Counted from the stretch's first letter, positions 28,995 through 40,700 are shown. The stretch: DNA of 64,000 bases from an uncultured Candidatus Rokubacteria bacterium (GCA_963805625.1 CAWDVE010000014.1:64001-128000); one strand, 5' to 3'. Program-made: numbers and translations. The notes: generated by a model not told the origin, from the letters alone.

Positions 28995-31900
28995 GTGTAC
29001 TTCGACTCGCGGCTCTGGGCGCTCACCGCAGGCGTGCGCGGTCGCATCGCGGCCTCCGTCCTCGTCGGACTGGCCGCGGTCGCGGCCGGCATCGCGCGGC
29101 TCGCGCTCCTCGGATGGCTCCTCGCGCGCGTCCTGGCTGGAGAGTCCCTCCCTTCGCTTCTCCCCGCCATTGCGCTCACGGCAGTCGCCCTCGGGATCCG
29201 GAGCGTGTTGGACTACGCGCGCACGATGGTGGCACATCACACCGCGATGCAGGTGCAGACCCGTCTACGGCAGACCTTGTATACCCACGTGGCGGACCTC
29301 GGGCCCGCCCACTTCGCCCGCGCTCGTACCGGCGACGTGCTGCTCTCCCTCGTCGAGGGCGTGCAGCAGCTCGAAGTCTATTTTGGTCAGTATCTGCCGC
29401 AGCTGTTCGTCGCCGCCCTGACACCGCTCCTCATCTTCGCATTCGTCGTCTTCATGGACCTCCCGGTCGCCCTTGTGCTGCTGGTGGCGGCGGTGATCAT
29501 TCTGCTCGCGCCGACGCTCTGGCACCGCTGGGATCGTGAGGCCAGTCTCGCCCGCAACCGAGCCTACGCGGCTTACGGAGCCGACTTCCTGGACGCGGTC
29601 CAGGGCCTCGCCACCCTCAAGGCGTTCGGCCAGAGCACCGCCCGCGCCCGCCAGCTCGACGAGCGCGCCCGCGATCTCTTCCAGAGCACGATGTGGGTCC
29701 TCGGGACCAACACGCTCGCGCGCGGGATCACCGACACCGGGATCGCCGTGGGAGCGGCGGCCGCCCTCGGACTCGGGGCCTGGCGGGTCAGCACCGGCGC
29801 CATGTCTCTGCCGTCCCTGCTCGTGATCCTAATGCTCGGCGTGGAGGTGTTCCGGCCGCTGCGCGAGCTGCGTGTCCTCCTGCACCAGGGCATGCTGGGG
29901 TTGGCCGCCGCCCGCGGGATCTTCGCCCTTCTCGATGCCAGGCCGGCCGTCCGCGACCGCGTGCCCGGGCCGGAACCGATTGACGCCAGCGTGGCCTTCG
30001 AGGACGTGACGTTCGCCTACCCGGGTGGTCGGCGCCCTGCCCACATTGGGCTGAGCTTCTCGGTGAGACCGGGTGAGCGGGTCGGGATCGTGGGCCCGAG
30101 CGGATCCGGCAAATCCACCGTGGTTCGGCTCCTCCTCCGGTTTCACGACCCGGATCTCGGGCGTGTCACCGTCGGCGGTCGCGATCTGCGTGAGCTGAGC
30201 CTCGACCAGATCCGCGGCCGCATCGCGGTCGTCAACCAGGACACGTGGCTCTTCCACGGGACTATCGAGGAGAACATCAGGATGGGGAGGCCAATCGCCC
30301 GTCCCGATGAGCTTCGTGACGCGGCTCGTGCCGCCAATGCCGAGGCGTTCATCGTTCGACTCCCCCATGGCTATGCGACGGTCGTCGGCGAACGCGGCGT
30401 GAGGCTGTCGGGCGGTCAGCGCCAGCGCATCGCGATCGCCCGGGCGCTGCTGCGCGATGCCCCGATCCTGCTGCTCGACGAGGCGCTCTCGTCGGTCGAC
30501 GCGGAGAGCGAGGCTCTCATCCAGGCCGCGCTCGGCCGACTGATGGCGGGGCGCACCACGCTCGTGTTCGCCCACCGGCTGTCCAGCGTGATCGGCGCCG
30601 ATCGGATTCTCGTCCTGGACGAGGGACACCTGGCGGAACAGGGCACGCACACGGGGCTGCTGGCGCGTGGCGGCGTGTATGCGCGCCTCATGGCTGGCCA
30701 GGCGCGCGACGCGGCGGCGCCGGGAAATCACGGGGCCGGACCGGGCGCGGGGAACGACGCCGCGCCGACGGGAGGCCTCGCGATCGATGGCGCGCCGCCC
30801 GTCTCGGAGGACGATGCCACGCCGACGGCGGCGGGCGATCACGCGACCCAACCCGCGCTGGGGGCGTTGGAGACGATCGTCAGTGGCGATGTCGGCTGGC
30901 ACGCCGTTCTCCAGACGCTGCTTGCTAAGACGCGCGGCTACCGTAGCCGACTGGGGCTGACCTTCGTGCTTGGCGTGGCGCGCGTGACCGCGCTGATCGG
31001 GGTCGGCGTGCTCAGCGCGCTCGCCGTCCGTGCCGTCAAGCACGGCGAGCCGACCGGGATGCTGCTGGCCGGCCTCTTCGTGGTGGCGCCGTTGGCCGGC
31101 GTCCTCCACTGGGTGGAGTCCTGGCTCGCCCACGACGTCGCGTACCGGCTCCTGGCCGACATGCGGCGTGCCGTCTTCCGCAAGCTGGACGCACTCGCAC
31201 CCGCTTACCTCACGGGCCGGCGCACGGGGGACTTGGCCGCCGTCGCGACCCACGATGTCGAGCTGATCGAGTACTTCTTCGCGCACACGGTGACCCCGGC
31301 CCTCGTGGCCATCCTCGTCCCCGCCGCCGTCCTTGCGGCGCTCGCCACGTTCGCTTGGGAGCTGGCGCTCATGCTCGTGCCCTTTCTGCTCTACACCGCG
31401 CTCGTGCCCATTCTCGGCCGCGCCCAGATCGATCGGCTCGGCTCCCGCGCCCGGGAGGCGTCCGGCGACCTCGGGGCGCACGTGGTGGACACCGTGCAGG
31501 GGATCGCCGAGATCGTCGCCTACGGCCGTGTTCGCGCCTGGGGCGAGGCACTCGGCGCCAAGGCTCGGCGCTTCTTCGAGCTGCGGCGACCTTTCCTTCG
31601 CGACCTTGCCTTGCAGAGCTCGCTCCAGGAGACGACAACGGGTTTCGGCGGGCTGGCCGTGATCGCGGTCGGCGCCTGGCTCGTTCAGCAGGGACGTCTC
31701 GATCCCGGTGTGCTCCCCCTGCTCACTCTGCTCTCGCTGTCCGCCTTCGTCCCGCTGTGGGAGGTCGCGCAGGTGGGCCGCCAGCTCGCCGATACTCTTG
31801 GCGCCGCGCGCCGCCTCCACGCGGTCGAGACGGAGCCGGTGCCAGTGACCGATGGCCCGAGTGTGCAGGGTGTCGCCTCACGCGGCGACGGAATCGCCGT

Positions 31901-32636
31901 CGAGCTGGAGGACGTGCACTTCACCTATCCCGGCCGCGCCCGGCTCGCTCTCGACGGCGTTTCGCTCCGCGTGACTGCCGGCAGCACCGTCGCCTTGGTC
32001 GGCCCGTCGGGCGCGGGCAAGACGACAGTCGCGAGCTTGCTCCTGCGCTTCTGGGACCCGCAGTCAGGGATTGTGCGGTTGTTTGGCCACGACCTGCGCC
32101 AGTACGTCCTCGACGACCTGCGCCGGCGCATCGCGCTCGTCGCCCAGGACACGTACCTCTTCAACGATACACTCCGTGCCAACATCACGCTCGCGCGCCC
32201 AGAGGCGGACGACAGGGCGCTGCGCGCCGCGATCGAGCGCGCGGTACTGAGCGAGCTGGTCGCCACCCTGCCCGACGGACTCGACACAATCGTGGGTGAG
32301 CGAGGGGCGCAACTCTCGGGAGGCCAACGCCAGCGGGTGGCCATCGCGCGTGCGTTCCTGAAAGACGCGCCGGTGCTGATCCTGGACGAGGCGACGTCGC
32401 ACCTCGACGCCGTGAGCGAGGCGCTGGTGCGTGAGGCCCTCGATCGGCTCGCGCGCGACCGCACCACAATTGTCATCGCCCACCGGCTCTCCACCGTGCG
32501 CGACGCCGACGCGATCGTGGTCCTCGAGGGGGGCCGGGTCATGGAGACGGGGCGCCATGCGGATCTGCTCGCCGGCGGGGGCCTCTACGCCCACCTCGTC
32601 GCGCGACAGCTCGCGGCAGGAGCGGCCACAGGCTGA
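28995..32636 (+). CDS. Fused ABC exporter TMD-NBD-TMD-NBD (CydD/CydC-like halves)
   Basis: Two Walker A motifs (GPSGSGKS, GPSGAGKT), two LSGGQRQR, two TM domains; YLPQL and DAVQGLATLKAFG resemble CydD. Confidence 0.92.
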   Translation: MYFDSRLWALTAGVRGRIAASVLVGLAAVAAGIARLALLGWLLARVLAGESLPSLLPAIALTAVALGIRSVLDYARTMVAHHTAMQVQTRLRQTLYTHVADLGPAHFARARTGDVLLSLVEGVQQLEVYFGQYLPQLFVAALTPLLIFAFVVFMDLPVALVLLVAAVIILLAPTLWHRWDREASLARNRAYAAYGADFLDAVQGLATLKAFGQSTARARQLDERARDLFQSTMWVLGTNTLARGITDTGIAVGAAAALGLGAWRVSTGAMSLPSLLVILMLGVEVFRPLRELRVLLHQGMLGLAAARGIFALLDARPAVRDRVPGPEPIDASVAFEDVTFAYPGGRRPAHIGLSFSVRPGERVGIVGPSGSGKSTVVRLLLRFHDPDLGRVTVGGRDLRELSLDQIRGRIAVVNQDTWLFHGTIEENIRMGRPIARPDELRDAARAANAEAFIVRLPHGYATVVGERGVRLSGGQRQRIAIARALLRDAPILLLDEALSSVDAESEALIQAALGRLMAGRTTLVFAHRLSSVIGADRILVLDEGHLAEQGTHTGLLARGGVYARLMAGQARDAAAPGNHGAGPGAGNDAAPTGGLAIDGAPPVSEDDATPTAAGDHATQPALGALETIVSGDVGWHAVLQTLLAKTRGYRSRLGLTFVLGVARVTALIGVGVLSALAVRAVKHGEPTGMLLAGLFVVAPLAGVLHWVESWLAHDVAYRLLADMRRAVFRKLDALAPAYLTGRRTGDLAAVATHDVELIEYFFAHTVTPALVAILVPAAVLAALATFAWELALMLVPFLLYTALVPILGRAQIDRLGSRAREASGDLGAHVVDTVQGIAEIVAYGRVRAWGEALGAKARRFFELRRPFLRDLALQSSLQETTTGFGGLAVIAVGAWLVQQGRLDPGVLPLLTLLSLSAFVPLWEVAQVGRQLADTLGAARRLHAVETEPVPVTDGPSVQGVASRGDGIAVELEDVHFTYPGRARLALDGVSLRVTAGSTVALVGPSGAGKTTVASLLLRFWDPQSGIVRLFGHDLRQYVLDDLRRRIALVAQDTYLFNDTLRANITLARPEADDRALRAAIERAVLSELVATLPDGLDTIVGERGAQLSGGQRQRVAIARAFLKDAPVLILDEATSHLDAVSEALVREALDRLARDRTTIVIAHRLSTVRDADAIVVLEGGRVMETGRHADLLAGGGLYAHLVARQLAAGAATG

Positions 32637-33659
32637 GATCCGGCAAGCGGCCTGGCATGGGCGGGCCGGACGAGGGCCTCCCGGCTCGGCTACGCAGCGC
32701 TCCTGCCGGGACAGCGGGAAGCCGTCGAGACGTTGGCCTCCAAGGGGTCGACGCTCGATCTGGCGGACCCCCGCGCGCTGACTCGTAGATCTGCGACTCA
32801 ACACCCGTGTTTCGACCTTGAGGGGGAGGCGAGCACGTCGAATACCGCGCCGCCCGATGGCCTCCCCTCCCTTCACACGGGCACGCTACGTTCGCAGGCG
32901 AGGTCCCTTGGACCACCTCCTCGCCGGCCCGTGCTTGGTGGCTGTACAGGTGGCTGTTGGGTCCTTCCCCGGTTCGGAGTGTCCAGCAACGATGGGACTT
33001 GGCCGCGCCATCGGCGCTCTTTACCATAGCTTCGACGTAATCTTCGGTGGGTATGGGCCGACGCACCAGATGAAACTTCCCTGAATGGTCGAATTCCGTG
33101 GCGATTCTCCCGAACCGGTTGAGTGTCGGGAAACCAGCAGGATCTCTCGCAACTAGCTGAGAAAGTCGCGCCGTTTGGCACGTCTTGCATACGTGGAAAA
33201 AGGAGCGATGCATCGCTTTGATCGCAGCAGACATCAAAAGAGTCAGTCGAGACTCGACGGCACGGAGGTTCAGATGAACGACTACGGAGTTCGCGGGGTG
33301 ATGCTGGATTCGGGGCTGACGGCGCTGGCCCTTCGCGGTCTGAAGCAGAAGGAAGGGCACTATCCGTTCATTGAGCGGTTCACGAAGAAGCGCCGTGCCC
33401 ACCGTCCGACCGGGCGTCGAGCGATCCAGTCGATGTTGTCGCGACTTCTCCTTCCGTTTCTCGCGTTCCTGTCGCGCTGGCAGCCGGCCTCGCGCTGACT
33501 TCAGGCTGACCCGCGCCACAACGGGCCCGGCGGGCGGCCGCTGTGCCGGTCAGAAACGCTCATCGGCCAACCGTTGAGATCGCCTGACACGTGGCGCGAG
33601 CGTCCGGAACCACGTCCACGTCTTCTTGAGTGTGATCAGATCGCCGCGCGGATGTCAGC

Positions 33660-33989
33660 CGAGGCCTGGCCTTCCAGCGCCAGTAGAGCCGGAAGCCTTT
33701 GCGGTGCCAGGCCAGCACCGTGGCCGGTTGCACGATGACGAGACTGGACCGCCAGCTCGGCCACAGGCGTGACAGCCAGACCCAGAAGATCCGGTCCCGC
33801 TGAGCCAGACGTGGTTGGCCGGCCGACCGCTAAAGGACGAGAAGTTGATGCGGAGCGCCATGTTCTCAAGGGCGATCGCCGCTGACCCCGAGAACACGGC
33901 ACGAAGGAAGGTTGACCCTACCGGATCAGCGGTGGAGACGGTGAAGAAAGTTCAGGTGGGACAGGTAGATGGGGTTATTGACCGGGACA
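33660..33989 (-). mobile_element. Remnant left end and 5' part of an integrase-core (IS481/IS3-like) element
   Basis: End TGTCCCGGTCAATAACCCCATC at 33989; IALENMALR/HQLLVL*RS..PRL..RDRIFWVWLSRLW..WR..LVIVQPATVLAWHRKGFRLYWRWK with frameshift and stop. Confidence 0.75.
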
Positions 33990-34101
33990 GCCGCATTCGC
34001 ACCCTCGGGTCAGCTTGGATCGACGAAGTCCGTGCGATCGGTTACTGTCAGGATATCGCCTGGGCGCTGCCCCTCGGCCCGGGGTAGGAGAATGGGTTGC
34101 G

Positions 34102-34512
34102 ATGGCGCACTGGTTGCTGAAGTCCGAGCCCGACGATTGGTCCTGGGCCAAGCAGGTCGCGAAGGGCCGCGATGGCGCGGAGTGGACGGGCATCCGCAAC
34201 TTCTCGGCCCAGAAGCACCTGCGCGCCATGAAGAAGGGCGAGCAGGCGTTCTTCTACCATACAGGCAAAGAGCGCGCGATCGTCGGCATCGTCAAGGTGA
34301 TCGCGGAAGCGCACCCCGATTCGACCGACTCCGCTTGGCACGCCATCGACGTCGCCGCAGTCGAATCGCTCCGGACGCCGGTCGGCCTCGATCGGATCAA
34401 GGCGGACAAGCGCCTCGCCAGCATGGCCCTCGCCAGGCTGCCCCGCCTGTCGGTTCAGCCAGTGACCGACGCCGAGTGGCGGCTCATCTGCCAGATGGGG
34501 GGCCTCGGTTAA
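34102..34512 (+). CDS. EVE domain protein
   Basis: MAHWLLKSEP..WSW, WTGIRN..A, FFYHTG, RLSVQPV. Confidence 0.93.
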   Translation: MAHWLLKSEPDDWSWAKQVAKGRDGAEWTGIRNFSAQKHLRAMKKGEQAFFYHTGKERAIVGIVKVIAEAHPDSTDSAWHAIDVAAVESLRTPVGLDRIKADKRLASMALARLPRLSVQPVTDAEWRLICQMGGLG

Positions 34513-34595
34513 GCTACTCCGGCCGGTAGCGCGGTGGCCGCATGGCCGCAATCCGGTCGCTGGCCCGTTTCACGGACGGGACTCTGCGGGGTCTC

Positions 34596-35246
34596 ATGGA
34601 CATGAAGACCCAAGACGGCATCCTGGTTCTGGCCGACATCTCGGGATTCACGGCCTTCGTCACCGCGACCGAGCTCGAGCACGCGCCGCAGATCATCGGA
34701 ACCCTGCTGGAGGCCGTCATGCAACGGCTCTCGCCGCCGTTGGAGATCCAGGAAGTCGAAGGCGACGCGGTCTTCGCCCTGGGCCCGGACGGCGCCCTCC
34801 TGCGCCCAGCCCGGCTCCTCAACGTGCTCGACTCGGCCTTCGTGGCCTTCAAGGAGGTCCAGCGGGAGCTGGCGGCCGACGAGTCGTGCTCGTGCGGCGC
34901 GTGCCGGAGCGTCGAGAGCCTGGATCTGAAGATCGTTGCCCACCACGGCCGCTTCCTTCGCCATGCGGTCGGGGGCCGCGCCCAGGTGGCCGGGGTGGAC
35001 GTCATCCTCGCCCACCGGCTGCTCAAGAACGGGGTGACGTCGCGCGCGTACGTGCTGCTCACGGAGGCGCTGCTCGGATGGCTCGGTGTCGACCCGAGCG
35101 AGCTCGGGCTCGTCCCGCGCGTGGAGTCGTACGAGCACCTGGGCGACGTCCGCTGCTTCGTGCGCGCGCTGGACGCCCTTGCGGACGGTGAAGCTCTGAC
35201 CACTGGCGCAGAAACGGACGCGCGGGAGGTGACGGCGGCCGCCTGA
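34596..35246 (+). CDS. DUF2652 (nucleotide cyclase-fold) protein
   Basis: LADISGFTAF, EVEGDAVF, CSCGAC, LKIVAHHG, GVDVILAHRLLKN. Confidence 0.85.
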   Translation: MDMKTQDGILVLADISGFTAFVTATELEHAPQIIGTLLEAVMQRLSPPLEIQEVEGDAVFALGPDGALLRPARLLNVLDSAFVAFKEVQRELAADESCSCGACRSVESLDLKIVAHHGRFLRHAVGGRAQVAGVDVILAHRLLKNGVTSRAYVLLTEALLGWLGVDPSELGLVPRVESYEHLGDVRCFVRALDALADGEALTTGAETDAREVTAAA

Positions 35247-35459
35247 TCCGCCTGTCGCTACCGCCGGCGGCCACCGGCGATCGCCGGACCTGGCGATGCG
35301 TCGCAATCTGGTCTCGCGCAGGCCCGCACGGTGGGTGAGCGCGGCAGTCAGCCGGTTGGCGACCGCGTCGAGCGTTCCCGGTTCGCTGACCCTTTCCTCT
35401 CCCCTGGTTCTCTTCCTATCGGCAGGCCAGGGATTCGGCGGGGCACCGATCGGCACCTT

Positions 35460-35558
35460 CACGCCGTCCCCAAGCCGTTCGTCTGGACGAAGACGGCGGA
35501 TGAGATCCTCGCCAGTCTGGCGCGATTTTGTTATCGGATCTCCGGGGCAGGACACTGG
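35460..35558 (+). mobile_element. IS630-family transposase C-terminal remnant
   Basis: PKPFVWTKTADEILASLARFCYRISGAGH. Confidence 0.8.
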
Positions 35559-35577
35559 GTGGTCAGCTCGTTTGATC

Positions 35578-35952
35578 TCATAGCAGCTCGACGTGCGCCT
35601 CGGTCGGCATGCCGCTGTTGACCGGCAGCATGTCTTGCGGACAGGCGGGGAACTCCACGACCGCGTCCATCTCCGCCCGGACCACGACGTACTGTCCCGG
35701 CTTCGACACCGTCGGCAGGCACTGGATCCCGTTGTCCGTGACGTACTGGGTGTTCTGGAACAGGTTGAACGGGCACGGCGTCTCCGGTGCGGTGAGCCCG
35801 AGCGCCTTCAGCGTGTTCCACAGGTTGTCGGTGCAGTTGTCGTGGTGGTCCTTCGCGCCGAGCTGGCGGTAGCGATAGATGTCGCAGGCGGCAACCAGGG
35901 TGTCGTGGACGCCGGGAGAGGTGTCTTCGCGCAGCGTGATGATCGGGTGAGT
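35578..35952 (-). pseudogene. DUF1989 / urea carboxylase-associated protein, C-terminal half only
   Basis: EDTSPGVHDTLVAACD, NCTDNL, PFNLFQN, RAEMD...ACPQD..PVN. Confidence 0.75.
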
Positions 35953-36056
35953 GGCCGTCCCCACGGGCCCGTTCCGCGGGCCGTGAAAGGCTGGCCGGTT
36001 GCGTGCGGCCGAGTTAGCTCCCGTGCCCGCGAGCGACGTCACGCCGGCCCGTGGGG

Positions 36057-36071
36057 GCAAGGGTGGTGCCA
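36057..36071 (-). promoter_or_regulatory. sigma54 -24/-12 promoter (orphan)
   Basis: Minus strand reads TGGCAC-CACCC-TTGC, matching the consensus. Confidence 0.65.
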
Positions 36072-36251
36072 GGCGGCCCGCGTTGATGTTTTGTCAGAGG
36101 AATCGGTAGGATGGACGGGATGCTCGGGCCCCCTGACTCAGGCGCGAGACCGATCAGCCAGTGGCTGGCCAGCGGCTGCCGGCGCCCGGAAAACAGGCCA
36201 GGCGGACACCTGACCGCCGGGTCGGCGGTATCGAGGACGGGAGAGGCCATC

Positions 36252-36690
36252 GTGGACGTGGATCTTCTGGCCGAGCTCATCGGAGAGAGCCCCGCGATGG
36301 CGGCCATCCGCCAGACGCTTCAGCGTCTCCTGGCCGCCGAGATCCGGACTCGGCGCGGTCGCGCACGACCGGGCGCGATACGCCTCGGCCGAGGCGTGCT
36401 TCTCGGAGGCGCTGCCGGCCTGGCGCGAGGTCGGTGATCAGGAGGGTCTCGCGCTCGCCCTCAACAACCTGGGACGTACGCGAGGGTTCCAGGGAGACTA
36501 CGAGCAGGCCGCGACCCTGGGCCATGAGAGCCTCGAGCTCTTCCGAGCCATCGATCACGCCTGGGGCATCGCCCGGGCGCTCAACAGCCTGGCCAACACG
36601 GCCCACTACCAGGGCAATGTGACGGGGGCGCGGCCGCTGTACGAAGGACTCCGGCTAGCGCCGTCCCGCGCCGGAGGCAGGACCCTAGTC
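36252..36690 (+). pseudogene. Collapsed sigma54-activator/TPR gene remnant
   Basis: DLLAELIGESPAMAAIRQTLQRLL resembles the N-terminus of the 42001 gene. TPR fragments follow: LALALNNLGRTARVQGDYEQA...ARALNSLANTAHYQGN. Confidence 0.6.
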
Positions 36691-36800
36691 TCGGAGTCTG
36701 TCCGAGTAGCCGCCCCAGGGGCTGGCCGCGCAGGGGCAACGCCTCGAACACCTCAACGCGGCCGTCTTGCTGAACCGAGCACGCCAGCCGGAGGACAGCC

Positions 36801-37614
36801 ATGAGACAAGCCGTTTCAGGGTTGCGATTCGGGACCGCTCGCCTCGCGAGCCGGCCCGCAGCTCCACTACGCAGAGCAGGGCAATTCCGATGGAGAGGCC
36901 ATCATCTTCCTCCACGGGTGGCCCGACTCCTGGTTCTCGTACAGCAGGGTCCTGCCGCTATTGCCCGTGCGCTACCACGCATTCGCCCCGGACCAGCGCG
37001 GGTTCGGCGACTCGGATCGTCCCGACGGCGGCTACGGGATCGACGACCTGGCCACCGACGCCGTCGCCCTTCTCGACGCGGTCGGCATCGAGCGCGCGAC
37101 CGTGGTGGGGCACTCGCTGGGAAGCTTCATCGCTCGACGGGTTGCCGTGGCTCATCCCGAACGAGTCGCTCGGCTCGTGCTGATCGACAGTGGTCTGCCG
37201 CCGACGAACCCGGTGACGCGAGAGATCCAGGCGTCCTTGCGGGATCTTGCCGATTCTGTCCCGGTGGAGTTCACCCGCGCGTTCCAGGCCGGCACCGCCT
37301 ATGTTCCGCTCCCTGAAGCGTTCTTCGAGGGGATCGTGGCCGAAAGCCTCAAGGCGCCGGCCCGCGTCTGGCGCGACGTGTTCGCGGGCCTGCTCGCCTA
37401 CGAGGACGCCCAGCAGCTCAGTCGGATCACCGCGCCAACCCTCATCCTGTGGGGTGACCGAGACGCACTGTTCCCGAGGAACGATCAGGAGCTTCTCGTG
37501 GCGGCAATCCCCGGCGCCCGGCTCAAGATCTACCAGGAAACCGGGCACTGCCCGAACTGGGAACGCCCCGAGCAGGTCGTCGCCGACCTCGACGCCTTCG
37601 TGCAAGAGACGTGA
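36801..37614 (+). CDS. alpha/beta hydrolase with one frameshift near 36853
   Basis: GPQLHYAEQG...FLHGWPDSW, DQRGFGDS, GHSLG, LILWGDRD, TGHCPNWERP. ATG 36801 is one base out of frame. Confidence 0.8.
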
Positions 37615-37648
37615 TCGCCCGAGGACTTGCGGACCTGACGATCCGGCC

Positions 37649-37728
37649 ATGATCCAACCCGAAACCCGCTTCACTGCCAGCAACGATCGCGTCGCCTACC
37701 CGGTCACGGGCGATGGGCCGGCTCTGCG
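37649..37728 (+). pseudogene. N-terminal remnant of a hydrolase/cyclase gene
   Basis: MIQPETRFTASNDRVAYPVTGDGP resembles PETRYAxSGDVxIAYQVxGxGP starts. Confidence 0.4.
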
Positions 37729-37729
37729 C

Positions 37730-40700
37730 CTATGCCGGCCCCGCCACCTCGTACACCCGTCGGACCGCCGGGGCCTGCTCGAGACTCGTGCGGAGCCCCG
37801 GGTCTCTCAGGCTCCCCTTGACGCGGTCGAGCACGTCACGCGCCGCGCGGTAGGCCTCTCCGGCCAGGTCATGCCGCTGCCGCGCCATGTGGAGCTCTCC
37901 CAGGGCCGCGCGCGTCACCCAGAGCTGCGTGGGGTTGCTCGATCGCCTCGGCGATGGCCAGGGAATGGCGAAATGCCGTCTCGGCATCGTCCAGCTGTCG
38001 GCGGGCAAGGGCGATCTGGCCTCGAAGGCGCCACCCCTTCGCCAGATTCTTCCGCGAGTTCGTGCGCGTCGCGAGCTCCAGGCAGCGGTCGGCAAACTCC
38101 GTCGCCCGCGCGGGGTCGCCGCGGACCAGCCCGAGCTCGCCCAGGCCCGCGAAGAGCCGCATCGCGTAGCGCCAGCGCATCCACTGGCTCGTCTTCGGAT
38201 TCCCCCAGTACCGATACGCACTCTCGAAGCACTCCGCGGCCTCGGCCACATCGCCCCTCGCGAGGTAGATCTCCCCCAGGTTGATCTCGGCGTTCGGGAG
38301 CGTTCCGGGGTCGTTCCGCCGCCGACCCACCTCGGCGCTCCGGTGATTGAGCTCGAGGGCACCCGTCCAGATCCCCCAGCTCCGCGTGCAGCCACCCGAG
38401 GCAGTTGAGCAGGCGGTGGTGGATCGCCTCGTCGCCGACCTTTTCGGCCAGGCTCAGTCCCTCTCGGAATAGGGTCAGGGCTGCCTCGTAGTCGCCCTTG
38501 CCGGTCAGGGTGATCCCGTAGAGAAAGAAGTTGAACAGCAGCGGGACGAGGAGGTGATGCTCCCGGGCCAGGACCAGGCCTTCGGCCTGGACCTTCGACG
38601 CCGCGTCGTACTCCCCTTCCCAGTTCTTCAGTAGGCCCGCGACTGACAGTGACAGCGACCGGGAGGCCCTCTCGCCGCTCGATTGACTGGTCACGAGCGC
38701 CCGGTCAATCGCGCCCCTGGCCTCGTCGAGACCGCCGCTCACCGCGCGCACGAACCCGATCGTGAAGTGATGAGAGGGCCACCGTGTCGCCACCGCCCGC
38801 TCCCGCCACCTCGATCGCCTCTCGCGCGCGCGCGACGGCCCCGTCGAGGTCGCGCGCCCACATCGCCGCCCAGGCGATCGCCGCCAGGGCCTTGCCCTCC
38901 CGCGCCCGATCTCCGATCTGGCGCGCGAGGAGCACGACTCGCTCGGCCTCGGCTCGGGACCGGTCGAACTCGCTCAGGACGAAGTACAGCCCGGACCTCG
39001 CCTGGTGGATCTCGATCACGGTCGGCAGATCCGCGGGTCCGGCCAGCCGGTCGACGGCTTCGAGGGCGTGATCGTAGAGGATGAGCGCCTCCCGGATGGC
39101 AAACGCGCTCGCGGCCTTCTCGGCCGCCCTGACGAGGTACGTGAGCGCCTTGGGCCACTCCTCGGCCTTCGAGAAGTGGTGGGCCAGGATCTCGTCCTGC
39201 CCGGGCACGCGGTCAGCGTCGAGGGATTCGATCGCGAGCGCGATCCGGCGATGAAGGTCCGCCCGCCGCTCGGGCGTGAGCGCCCCGTAGGCCACGTCGT
39301 GCGTCAGTGCGTGGGTGAACGTGTACGTGAGCTCGGGGAAGGGGCTCTTCTCGTGGACGAGCTCGGCGGCCTTCAGCTCGCGCAGCGCCTGCTCGCTTCC
39401 CTCTGCGGACTCGCCGACACGATCGAGGAGCCCTCGGCTGAACTCGCGGCCGATCACCGACGCCACCTCGAGGACCTGTCGCGAGGCGTCACTCACCTTC
39501 TGAATGCGCGCCCGGATCACCTCCTCGATGGTGGCCGGCACGACGAGCGCATCGAGATCGCGCGCCACGACCAGCCGGTCCCCCTCCCGACGCACCACCC
39601 CAGCCTCCTGGAACGAGCGGAGCACCTCCTCCACGAAGAAGGGGTTCCCTTCCGTCCGGCGGACGAGCAGCGCCTGCAGGGTCTCCGGGAGCTCGCTGGC
39701 CGACAGCAGCCCGAGCGCCATCGTCACGCTGTCCGCCGGCGACAGGGCCGCCAGGGTGAGCCGCGTGTGGAACAAGCGGTCGCTGATGGGCGGCGCATAG
39801 CCGGGCCGGTACGTCAGGATCATGAGGCTCCGGTGGGCCGCGAGACTGTCGGCCAGCGCCGCGATGAACTCCTCCGTCGCCCGGTCCACCCAGTGCAGGT
39901 CCTCCCACACGACGACGATCGGCCGGCGCTCGGCGGCGCGGACGAATTGCCGCCGCATCGCCTCGAAGATCTCCGCCCGCCGGAGCTTCGGGTCCAGCTG
40001 GAGGACCCGCGGGTCGCCGGGATCGACCGACAGGAGATAGCGCACGAACGGGAGCGTGGACTGGAGATCCTCGCCCAGCTGGAGGACCGCCCGCTCGATC
40101 TTCTCGATGATGACCGCGTGCGGGTCACCCTCGTCGATCCTGAACGCGCGCCGGAGGAGGTTGATGAGCGGGTGGAACGGGATCGTGTGGGCAAAGGACA
40201 GGGCTTGCCCCTCGAACCACGTCGCGCCTTGGCGGACGTGACGCCGGAGCTCCCGGAGGAGCCGGGACTTGCCGATCCCCGGCTCCCCCACGATGGACAC
40301 GACCTGCCCGTGACCCGCCTGCGCCTGGTCGAGACGCTCGCGTAGCAGCCCCAGCTCGGCCTGCCGGCCGACGAAGCCGGTGAGCCCGTGCTCGACGTCC
40401 CGCGCACCCACGAGCCGATGCACGCCGGCCGGCGGTCCGGTCACGGCACCGACCGGCACCAGCTCGAAACGCCGGGCCAGGAGGGTCGCTGCCTGAGGGC
40501 TCACCACCACGGTGCCCGCCTCGGCCGGCTCCCCCAGTGCCTCCAGGACAGCCCGGGCCAGACGCTTGGCGTCCCCATCGACAGCCAGTCCCTCGCGATG
40601 TCGACCCACCTTCGCCAGCTCGGTGTGAAGCGCCAGGGTCACGACCGGGCGTGCCGGGTTCTCCTGATGCCCTCTCGCCGCGACCGTCTGGATCGCGATC

